NCBI RefSeq assembly: GCF_963921235.1
Contig: NC_086118.1
Coordinates: 23,128,001-23,192,000 of the forward strand
DNA from: Mobula hypostoma
Lineage: Eukaryota
Length of the DNA: 64,000 bases
Direction: 5' to 3'
The notes below the pieces were generated by a model. That model saw only the letters and a list, made by a program, of their open reading frames with translations. It was not told the DNA's origin and did not search any database. How positions within the stretch are numbered: the first letter of the stretch is position 1; each line of letters opens with the position of its first letter. A program made the translations under genes and the position numbers. This document shows, in pieces, positions 36,520 to 46,196 of this stretch.

Positions 36520-39459
36520 ATGGAGGTTGAGGAATTTATAAAGGCGCCGACCTTGGAGGCATTAGAGGATGCCAGGAAATCGGAATTGATAGCTGTGGCA
36601 AAACGGGTGAATCTTGCTAAGGTGAAGTCGACAATGAGGAGAGAGGAGATACACAGAGCTATTGTAGAGCACTATGTATCTAAAGGTGTGTTTCCCCAAG
36701 GTGAGCTGGGGGAGGTGTCTATTGAAAAACCTGCTGGAGACGCGGTACAGGTACAGCTTGAAAAACTGAGACTCGAGCACGAGTTCCGGGTACGGCAGTT
36801 AGAAAGGCAGGAGAAAGAGAGAGAGTTAGAAAGGCAGGAGAGAGAGTTAGAAAGGCAGGAGAAAGAGAGAGAGTTAGAAAGGCGGGAGAAAGAGAAAGAG
36901 GTAGAAAGGCAAGAGAGAGAAAGACAGTTGGAGAGAGAAGAGAGAGAGAGGGACAGACAGTTGGAGAGAGAAGAGAGAGAGAGGGACAGACAGTTGGAGA
37001 GAGAGGAGAAACAGAGGGAAAGGGAATTTGAGCTGGAGAAGTTAAAGATAAGGGCCGAGCAGGGGCTCGTGCCGAACCAAGGTGGAGGGTTCCGGGCGAC
37101 CCAGGAGGTTAGGCTGGTTCCCCCATTTGACGATACCGATGTGGATCGGTACTTTCTCCACTTCGAAAAAGTAGCTATAAGTCAGGAATGGCCGAGGGAT
37201 AAGTGGGTTGTCTTACTTCAGAGTGTACTGAAAGGGAAGGCCCAACAAGCTTACTCCGCCTTATCCGCGGAAGATGCCCAGAAGTATGAGGTGGTGAAGG
37301 AGGCCATCCTCAGGATTTATGAGTTGGTCCCGGAGGCATACCGGCAGAGGTTCCGGAATGCGAGGAAGCGGTGGGACCGCACGTATTTGGAGTTTGCTCG
37401 CGAGATGCAAACATATTGTGAGCGTTGGTGCGCCTCGAAGGGGGTAGAGGGGGATTATGACAGACTGCTGCAGCTGATTCTGATTGAGCAGTTTAAAGGT
37501 TGTGTCCCTGAGGGTATGAGACCCTACCTCGATGAGAAAGAGGCAGCCACGTTAGCCGCAACTGCTAAGTTAGCGGATGAGTATGCGTTGACGCATAAAA
37601 TGAAGGTTGCCCCGAGTAAAGGCTACCAGAAGGGTAGTCAGGACGGCGGGGAGAGTCCGCCGGAAAAGTCAGAAAGTAAGCCGGGGACTAGTGAAAAGGA
37701 TAAGGTAGACCGGGAGCAGCCTGGTAGGAAGTCTCCTGGGGTCGTCTGTTATAATTGTGGGAAAGTCGGACACTTTGCGTCCAGGTGCTTTGCCCCAAGG
37801 AAGGAGACGGGGAAAGGAAAAGCGGAAATTTTGAATGGCTGTATTGAGCTGTTAAGCGAACCGCTAGGGAAGGACAGGTCTGAAAAAGTCCAGGAAGGGC
37901 GCGAGAGGTTTATCTCGGCCGGACTGGTGTCAGTGAAGGAGAGGTTAAAACCAGTTCCAGTGCGGATCTGGAGAGACACGGGAGCGTGTCAGTCACTAAT
38001 ACTGAAGAGTGTATTAGAGTTTAGCTCAGAGACCCAGACTGGGGAGGTAGAGGTCAAAGGTGTTGGGGAAGGGACAGAGTCAGTCCCTTTGCACCAGATA
38101 CATTTACAGAGCAACCTGGTCTCTGGACTAGTCACGATTGGGGTGAGGTCCGAATTACCGATGAAAGACGTGGAAGTCTTGCTCGGTAATGACATCGCCG
38201 GAGGAATCGTGTTCCCAGTCGTGAGATTGACGGGTCAGCCTGCCAGCATGGAGGCCCCGCCCGCGATGGTGAATTTGGCTGAAACATTTCTGCCAACCTT
38301 GTATGAGACAGGGTGTAGTGAGATAAGAGGTAGTGAGGGAGCTGGGACGGACGTAGCAGTAGCCAGGAAAGAATTTGTGCAGACGCAGGAGCGAGACGAG
38401 GGGCTGATGGTTTTTGCTGAGACAGCTCTCTCTGACACAGCCTTGACAAGGGAACTAGTAGGCTATTGTGCGGATGAGGAAGTGCTAAGGAAGAAAGGGA
38501 AATCAAGTACAGTACCCGCAGATGAGGAATGGGGGGTGGTGCAAAAGAGTTATGGGGATGAGGTTTTTAACATGGCCCACGAGGTACCCCCCGGTGGACA
38601 TTTTGCGGTGCTGGAGGAAACAGTTGGTGGAATCATGAAAGAGATTTACCGGCTGCCCAGGGGGAAGAATGTTATTGATCATGACCGACGCGAACTGAGA
38701 CGGTCACCGGCTTTTGATATGCTAACAAACCTAATCGGTGTTAGCGTGGAAATCAATGAAGCTAGGGGCCCCTTGATAAGAGGAAAAAACCATTTTGAAA
38801 AGATTAGGATGGGATCGGTCAGATGGGAGAAGGCTATTGTTTTGGCCAGGTCTACTGATAAGGTCTCTCCCTTAATCCCCGAAGGAGTAATTAAACGACT
38901 CGCACCCATGTGTTTGATTGTCCCGAGGAAATGCAAAGAACTGGGACGTTGGGTTATGTCTGTTACAATAGGGCAGCCAAGTAAACAACACCCATATTTT
39001 TCGAGTAATTCAGTGACTAAAGGGCTGATGAACACAGAGGTGTGTATTGGCAATTTAATACGGCTGTCTGAAGCCAGTTTGATAGTGAACCTTAAAAAAA
39101 ATGAATTCGGCTACACGTGGGTCACTTACCTGGGAATTGTGGTGACACAGGGGCAGCTGGCAGTGATGCAAGCTACAGTGCAGGCTATCGCTGACCTCCC
39201 AACCCCGACAGACAAGAGGGCCCTCGGAAGGCTTTTGGAGATGGTGGGGTACTGCAGGAAGTTTTGCAATAACTCTGCGGTCAATACCCGTCCCCCTCCT
39301 ACTAAGCCCTTGCGAGAGAAAATTGAGTCGGAATGGGACGACCCTTGTTGTTGTGGTCCGGGACAAAACCAAATGAGAGGTTACATTGGTCGCAATACAT
39401 CAGTGTTTTTGGCCACTATGAAGTTTGCTGAGTTGGAGCCTGGTCTAAGGGATTATTAA
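36520..39459 (+). CDS. Gag-protease polyprotein with in-frame degenerate integrase and RT remnants (979 aa)
   Basis: E/R-rich coiled coil; SCAN-like capsid C-domain (LILIEQFKGCVP...LADEY); CCHC knuckle CYNCGKVGHFASRC (37747-37788); protease RDTGA (~37975); IN His-His AHEVPPGGH (~38575-38601); RT remnants PSKQHPY, CIGN in place of YIDD, VNLKKNEF..VTYLG, MVGYCRKFC. Confidence 0.92.
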   Translation: MEVEEFIKAPTLEALEDARKSELIAVAKRVNLAKVKSTMRREEIHRAIVEHYVSKGVFPQGELGEVSIEKPAGDAVQVQLEKLRLEHEFRVRQLERQEKERELERQERELERQEKERELERREKEKEVERQERERQLEREERERDRQLEREERERDRQLEREEKQREREFELEKLKIRAEQGLVPNQGGGFRATQEVRLVPPFDDTDVDRYFLHFEKVAISQEWPRDKWVVLLQSVLKGKAQQAYSALSAEDAQKYEVVKEAILRIYELVPEAYRQRFRNARKRWDRTYLEFAREMQTYCERWCASKGVEGDYDRLLQLILIEQFKGCVPEGMRPYLDEKEAATLAATAKLADEYALTHKMKVAPSKGYQKGSQDGGESPPEKSESKPGTSEKDKVDREQPGRKSPGVVCYNCGKVGHFASRCFAPRKETGKGKAEILNGCIELLSEPLGKDRSEKVQEGRERFISAGLVSVKERLKPVPVRIWRDTGACQSLILKSVLEFSSETQTGEVEVKGVGEGTESVPLHQIHLQSNLVSGLVTIGVRSELPMKDVEVLLGNDIAGGIVFPVVRLTGQPASMEAPPAMVNLAETFLPTLYETGCSEIRGSEGAGTDVAVARKEFVQTQERDEGLMVFAETALSDTALTRELVGYCADEEVLRKKGKSSTVPADEEWGVVQKSYGDEVFNMAHEVPPGGHFAVLEETVGGIMKEIYRLPRGKNVIDHDRRELRRSPAFDMLTNLIGVSVEINEARGPLIRGKNHFEKIRMGSVRWEKAIVLARSTDKVSPLIPEGVIKRLAPMCLIVPRKCKELGRWVMSVTIGQPSKQHPYFSSNSVTKGLMNTEVCIGNLIRLSEASLIVNLKKNEFGYTWVTYLGIVVTQGQLAVMQATVQAIADLPTPTDKRALGRLLEMVGYCRKFCNNSAVNTRPPPTKPLREKIESEWDDPCCCGPGQNQMRGYIGRNTSVFLATMKFAELEPGLRDY

Positions 39460-39619
39460 TAACACGTCTAAAAGGAACAGAAAATGTGATGACTGTCTGT
39501 CAAGGTGTTGACAGCTTCAAATTCTCTGTATTAGCTAAATAACTGTTAAAGATGTATATTGTGTATGTATCAGATAATGTAGTCATGTTTGTAATTTTTA
39601 CCTCCCGGTAAAAATCCTT

Positions 39620-39631
39620 AAAGGGGGGAAG
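39620..39631 (+). promoter_or_regulatory. Polypurine tract
   Basis: aaaggggggaag immediately before the 3' LTR. Confidence 0.9.
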
Positions 39632-40463
39632 TGTTACGAGAATACACATAAAATTAAGATGTTTGCTGGCCTGGGCTAGCATCAGTGGCATCAGCAGTTG
39701 GTCTGCCACCTGCCCTCAGGGGAAGGAGAGATAAGGAACAATGGAGCAGCGTCTGGAGATGTGTAATGAAGGGATGTGGGAGGAAGAGCTGTCTGGAGCG
39801 GCTCCCCCCTTTGAACCCTGAACTGTTTGAAGTGATGGACAGGCGATACCCCAGCAGGGGGATAAAAAGGGACAGGTTCGCTAAGACAGACACACACGCC
39901 ACCCGAGGTAACGAGACCCTGGAAGCGGTACGCTTCTCACGAGTGGGTGGAAAGGTACGATCAGCGGGAACCCGGTGTGTGTCCGCCCTTGCCTGGGTGC
40001 CGGGTTCACTGCAGAGGATCAACCGCATCTGGAGGAGGGGTCACAGTCGGTGACCTCAGGTGACATCACCAAGGACCCGCCCAAATGCTGTTTGTGAGCC
40101 ATCTCGCTGGTCTGTGAGTGAAGCTGTGCTGAATGATGAGTTGCTCCTATTCTATGTCTCTCTTCCCCACCTTGTCCATCGCCATGACAACGATTACTGC
40201 GAACTGAACTACAAACTGGACTGAACTTTGAGTCATTTTGAAATTGGTCATTTACCCCTAGACAACGATAGAGCTTGATTGATGCTGTTATCTTAATTCT
40301 GTGCACATGTGTGGTTATCATTGTTGAACTGTTGCATTTATTATCCTTTCGATTAATGTGTTGCTTGTTTCTTTAATAAAACTTTCTTAGTCCTAGTACT
40401 CCAGACTCCAACTGAGTGATCCATTTCTGCTGGTTTGGCAACCCAGTTACGGGGTACGTAACA
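39632..40463 (+). repeat. 3' LTR
   Basis: Copy of 35589-36420; the only difference found by eye is T36101 versus C40144. Confidence 0.97.
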
Positions 40464-41534
40464 AGACCAATTGTGGTAATAGGCAACTGCAGTGGGTCCA
40501 GGTCCTTGCAGAAGTTGATTCTAGCCATAAGCAATCACTCCAAGCACTTCAGCACAGTAGTTGTGAGTGCAACGGGGCAATAATCGTTGAGGAAGCTCAC
40601 CATGCTTTTCTTGGGCACTTGTATGATTGTTGCCATTTTGAAGATCATCTGGGAGTGAAGCATCACAGCCATTCATGATGTTAAGTTTGGCGTTGTAGGA
40701 AGTAATCGCCTGTAAACCCTCCCAGAGCTAACGTCCATCTAATTCCATCTCTAACTTCAATTGAAATGGTTTCTTCACTCTTCAAATAGCTTTCCATAGG
40801 TCGTACCTGGACTATAGATGTCGATCACCAGTATTGAATGCCTCAGATCTAGAATTTAGCAGACTACGAATCTTCTGGTTCATTCACAACATTTGGTTTG
40901 GCTATGTGTGGTATGTTCTTAAAGGCACACAATTATCCACACTGGTCTCGATGAAGTCAGTGACAACTGTGGTGTATTCACTTAGATTCTGAGATGACTC
41001 CCTGAATATTGTCCAGTCCACCAACTCAAAAGCATTCTGTAAGTATTCATCTGCGTCTTTTGACCATGCCTTCTAGGTCCTCACCTCTGGTGCTGTGGTC
41101 TTTGGTCTCTGCCTATATGCCATGAGTAGAAGCACAGCCAGGCGACTGGATTTTCTAAGATGTGGGCATGGGTTGGAGGACCTCGCGTGTAGATTGGTCT
41201 CTGTTGAATGCAGAAAGGAAGATATGGCTGGTGGTGGGATCACATTTCAGCCCGTGAAAATTTAGAAGAATGACCTGCTGGATGAGGGTGACTGAACATA
41301 AGAGGGGTGGGGGTTTGCTGCCAGACCCTTTGATCAGAAAGATTGGACTTGAATCAAGAAATAAGATTGTACTTTCTTGGAACAATGGCAGATGTAAATC
41401 TCCAACCACCCCCCCCCCCAACTCTTTTTCCCCTCTTGTATGGGAATTAGAAACCAGACATTGAAAAGAGGAGCAACACACATCAAAGTTGCTGGTGAAC
41501 GCAGCAGGCCAGGCAGCATCTCTAGGAAGAGGTG

Positions 41535-41576
41535 CAGTCGACGTTTCAGGCCGAGACCCTTCGTCAGGACTAACTG
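41535..41576 (-). ncRNA. Minimal type I hammerhead ribozyme motif
   Basis: Reverse complement cagttagtc-CTGACGA-agggtctcggcct-GAAA-cg-TC-gactg; core intact. Confidence 0.7.
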
Positions 41577-41852
41577 AAGGAAGAGTGAGTAAGGGATTTG
41601 AAAGTTGGAGGGGGAGGGGGAGGGGGAGATCCAAAATGATAGGAGAAGACAGGAGGGGGAGGGATGGAGCCAAGAGCTGGACAGGTGATAGGCAAAAGGG
41701 ATACGAAAGGATCATGGGACAGGATCCTCTGGTATCCCTTTTGCCTATCACCTGTCCAGCTCTTGGCTCCATCCCTCCCCCTCCTGTCTTCTCCTATCAT
41801 TTTGGATCTCCCCCTCCCCCTCCAACTTTCAATCCCTTACTCACTCTTCCTT

Positions 41853-41894
41853 CAGTTAGTCCTGACGAAGGGTCTCGGCCTGAAACGTCGACTG
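41853..41894 (+). ncRNA. Minimal type I hammerhead ribozyme motif
   Basis: cagttagtc-CTGACGA-agggtctcggcct-GAAA-cg-TC-gactg; predicted cleavage after C41889. Confidence 0.7.
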
Positions 41895-44159
41895 CACCTC
41901 TTCCTAGAGATGCTGCCTGGCCTGCTGCGTTCACCAGCAACTTTTATGTGTGTTGCTTGAATTTCCAGCATCTGCAGAATTCCTGTTGTTTGCGATTGAA
42001 AAGAGGAACAGTTTGAACAATGAATCATTTCTTATATATGTCTCAGCTGCTAATTCATTGGGCATGTTTGAGTGTTGGTTGTCTGCTCACCCTTTCCAAC
42101 ACTATATAGTTCAGAAAGCCTAAAATTAAAAAATACGAAAGTACTAAAGATGCACGAGTGTTTTGACTGAATTCGAGTTATCGTGTTATGTGGTACGTAT
42201 TATGCACGCTTTACCTGAGTATTCTCTTACTTTGGTGCACTGTAGAGAACCTGTAATTTTGGAAAGATGTTAGCAATTTATTGCATTCTTGTTTCTGAAA
42301 AGTGCAGCTGTTTTGGCACTTCTAATGGCCTCTAAACTACTGGATGTCTAGACGATGGTTGAAGATAACTTTTGTCAGTCATTGTTCATGTAATAGTTTG
42401 CTGCTTTTCTAGTGACTCACTTTTGAGGTGTCCAGCTGCAAGATGATGAATTCACCATTCGATTTTCTTTACAGTTAAGTATATCAAAAAAAAAGTCTGA
42501 AAACTTTCAGGCTATAATTGACAAAAAGGTCTGGCGAAAGCAATTTGAGATCTGCTATCTACACCGACTGTCGAAAAGTGTAAATGATCCCACAGTTTTT
42601 CTGTGAGATTATCTCAGAAGCAGCTGGTTGTTGTAACTTAGTTTTGACATGACAAGCAAATGTATTGGTTTGGATATTTTGATCTAATTTATGACTTAAA
42701 ATGAAAGTGCTGCCTTGGGGCCAGAAATTTAAAGTTGACTGCAGGCAATCTATCTTTATTTTTAGCACATAATTTTATGTGATAATGTGGGAGTAGGTTC
42801 AGTAATCACTCTGAGAGGTGGGGTCAGTTGAAGAGAGGGAAATGTTGCAACGGAAATGAAACTGTTCATGTTGGTGAAAAGGACTCTAGAGACCTAAGTT
42901 GGTCAGATGTGTTTGAGAACATGAAATCCTGTATCACTTTTACTCTTTCCTGAAATATCTCAAATACAAGTCCTGGTGCTAAGTCTGTATATTTCTTATC
43001 TGCCTTGTGTAAAGATATGAGGGCCAAGATTTGCCTCGCTATTGGAAAAAAAAATTAAAAGATGTGTCAAAGGAATCCATGGTTTTGTATTTGTTACGCA
43101 GTTTAATGTAAATGCTTCCCCATTATGATAGGTGGTCTCCTGACCTCGCAATTTACCTTGTTGTGACTTAGCACCTTACTGTCCAGCAGCACTGTACTTT
43201 CTTTGTACTGTAACACTTTATTCTGCACTCAGTTACTGTGTTGCCTTGAATTATGGTATGGAAGACAATCTTGTTACTGTACCTCATTACATTTGACAAT
43301 AATCAACCACTTTTACAGGAGAGAAACAATTCTCAGTTCAGTAAGTCACAAGCCTCCTTCCACACTCCTTCTTGAGCCTTGTCAATTTGTTTCTCTCTAT
43401 TTTTCACCCTCAAATCTCCCTGTGAATGCAGCTACTCTAATTGGAGTTTTGCACTTTTATTGCCTAAGTGAAAGAGTTTTTCTGAGTTTCTGATCAGATG
43501 TATTGGTGACTAAATTATGTTTATGATTATCAATAAATACCACCAGGAATTTAAGAGAAAATTCTTCATCACAGTGTGTTTTGAAAGTCAAGCTGCACGT
43601 ATTTTACCTATGTTTATCCCAACAAACTTCTTTCATAAAGGCCTTTCTCAAATTATCATTCAATGTTCTGCTACTGGCTTTAGTCTTTACAAATGGATGT
43701 TTCTCTTGATCAAGGCATTATTAGAAATTTCTTCTCCACTGGCTTTATACTCTTTTTGGAATATGATGATCAGAGCTGTTTAAAGCTCTGTACAAGTTTA
43801 ATGTTACTTCTCTCTTTTTCAGTCTGCCCATCTAGAAATCACCTCCAGACCATCAATTCCTATTTTGATGTTGCTTTAATCTGCATTACTTATTTTACTG
43901 ATTAGTTTATTCTGCTGCTGCCTTTTGTTAGACTTCAAAACTTCCAAAAATGACAGCTGAAATATCACTGTTTTCTCTTCTGATTTTCTTTTTTGATGAA
44001 ATAATAAACTGAGTTTCAGTTGGTTGGCAGTATTTGAATAAGAGCAATGTGTTTCGGCCAATATTCATTCCTCATTGCTCAATATCACCACCAGATGCAA
44101 CAACATAATCATTCATCTACTTTGCTGCTTTGGTACATTGCTGTTTGAACATTGTGACT

Positions 44160-44701
44160 TGAGACCCTCCCTTGGTCGGGGTCGACCGTGGATATTGGCG
44201 TCCCAGCTGTAAGCATGATGCGCAAGGCAGGACAGTACAATATAGAGAGCACGCTGTTGTCCATGAAGCAGGCTCTCACTCTCCATGCGCTGATGAATCC
44301 AAAGGAGTGGCAGAAACCAATACAGTTTGGCACCAGCAGGGTAACAGGAGCTGCCAGTCCGCATTGCGCTCAATGTAGGACCGCCTTAGGGACTCCTGCT
44401 CCGGATTTTTGCTCGGGGTTTATTCCCGAAGCCTTCTTCATAAATGGGTATAGCCACGAGGCAGCAGAGGTTTGAGATCAGAGTTTCCCTTCTAGGTAAG
44501 CTGCCAACCGTGACTGATGAGCCCCATCTGCCTAAAGCAACTGGTTTTAAGGCTGTCAGTGGAAACTGTTCTGCTGGGCTTCGTAGCCACGTGTGAAGAC
44601 CAGGAGCTGGACTTGGTCATCAGAGGCTATTTGAGTGTTTAGTAGGTAATGGGAGCTTCCCCCACTATCACTCCTGGCTATTAACAACCTTAAGGAACCA
44701 T
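44160..44701 (-). mobile_element. Non-autonomous retroposon, possibly RTE-derived, with 9-bp TSD
   Basis: GC-richer block flanked by attgtgact (44151-44159 and 44702-44710); the minus strand resembles RTE 5' UTR (ggcagc...ctag..aagggaaactctgatctcaaacc) and ends in the stem-loop ggtcgaccccgacc. Family assignment tentative. Confidence 0.55.
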
Positions 44702-46196
44702 ATTGTGACTACATCATTGATTAGATTTGATGTTTTCTGAGATTAAGACAATACTCTGCAAGTATATGTGCATTTCTGAAGTCAAGTGAAGGAAATAGGT
44801 TAAACACACTGTTCTGATCATTGTAATTTGCTACAAGGAATTGGGTAAAACGGATGCAAATAGAAACATGCAGTTTCAGCTTTCTCTACTGTCATAACTC
44901 CCACGTTTCACAGTGATGTACTAAAAAACATTGACTTTCTTTTCTAAAACCAATTTTGCTGCATTGCAAATTTAATACAGAGCAGTTGTATTAACTATTT
45001 TGCAACTATTAAATAAGTCATTGAAGGACATTTCTTTTATTCAATCTGTCTCTTTGGAATGCATTTTTAAAGCTTTTCTATGTAATTGGTACCATAGTGC
45101 TTTATAACTGTAAGAATTAAATAATGTATTTGTGAGAACCTTCATCTGAGCATTTATGTGGACCATGAATAATGACAAAATTGAACTGGATTTGTCTGAT
45201 TCAAGACAAATCCCAATCGACGTGTTTACTAATGTGTTTGCATTAAAGCAACTGCATCAGTGTTCTGGAAAATTGAATAAATAGTTGTTTAAGTGATTTT
45301 TTTTTAACATGATAAATGTGCAGGACATTAAAGTAATGTACGACTGGACTAATGATTAGTGTGTTTTCTGTGAGGTGAAATTAGGTGTAAATTTCTTAAT
45401 TGCTCGCTTGAATTAATATTTTCAAATGTAAGGCAAATGTTGATTTGGAAGACAGATTATCTTATTACACACTGAATTAAATTGACATTATTAAAATAGC
45501 ATATTTTATACATATTTAGCACACTGTTCATAGATGATACAGTATTTAGTTTTACAAGGGACAAAACCTAAATTATAATCATCTATTTTATGATTAGTTC
45601 TGACTGGCATAGAATGAATCGCAATATTCTACCTTTTTTATCATTGCTTGAACTGCTATAATTATATTGTCATTTTTGTGAAATTGTGTTTGTACATTTT
45701 AATAGAATACAGTTTAACTTTCAATTGACAAATACTGTAGTTTCTTTCGTATAACCCCATTGATCAAGTATTGGATAGGTTTTTCAAGTAATACATGTAG
45801 TTTTTTTTATTGTTTTATTGAGATTAGTTTAAAATCACACCACCTGTCTCGGTATCAAGCACATGTGATTTATAAAATCACAGTGCTATAATGAGTGTTC
45901 ATAGCCATAGCTGGCACTGGATAGTTAATCATAGATGAAATTGTTTGCACTTTATTTTAAGTATTAAAGAAGATTCAGTAGGTGGCAGTGAGTTGCAAGA
46001 TTCTAATCTATTTACCTAGGATTTGATAATTTCATGCACCAAGCAAAAGTATGTATTTTTATTATCAGAATCTTGAGTTTATTTCAGTGTCTAACAATTG
46101 CTGCTGACTGTTATTGCCAATTCTGCCTTCAATTTTCTTTTTAAGGTTCTTTTGTAACTTGTATTAGTTTGGTAGATTGTGCACAGCAGTGGTAGT

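Larger units (their letters stand above)
35589..40463 (+). mobile_element. Ty3/Gypsy Gmr1-like LTR retrotransposon, full structure, non-autonomous
   Basis: Two 832-bp LTRs (TGTTACG...CGTAACA), TSD agac at 35585-35588 and 40464-40467, PBS, PPT, single 979-aa ORF with Gag-PR-(IN remnant)-(RT remnant) order. Confidence 0.95.
34390..41150 (-). mobile_element. Degenerate Rex1/Babar LINE split by the LTR element (pieces ~34390-35588 and 40464-~41150)
   Basis: ORF 35372-35581 ([26 protein letters not shown]...[13 protein letters not shown]); the immediately upstream DPLQ-AY motif lies just past 40464; C-terminal HHPPHALFSLLPSSRR at 34520-34720. Confidence 0.85.
41473..41994. mobile_element. Short palindromic (head-to-head) Penelope pLTR insertion
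   Basis: Minus arm 41473-~41721 and plus arm ~41722-41994; 13-bp TSD attgaaaagagga at 41460-41472 and 41995-42007; same family as 22029-24116. Confidence 0.92.

Noticed and set aside
41155..42016. 205-aa and 175-aa ORFs on opposite strands
   Set aside because: Read through the non-coding Penelope pLTR palindrome; the mirror ORFs come from the inverted repeat.
44514..44550. ctgatgag on the + strand as a possible hammerhead core
   Set aside because: No properly placed GAAA and NUH with supporting helices in this copy.
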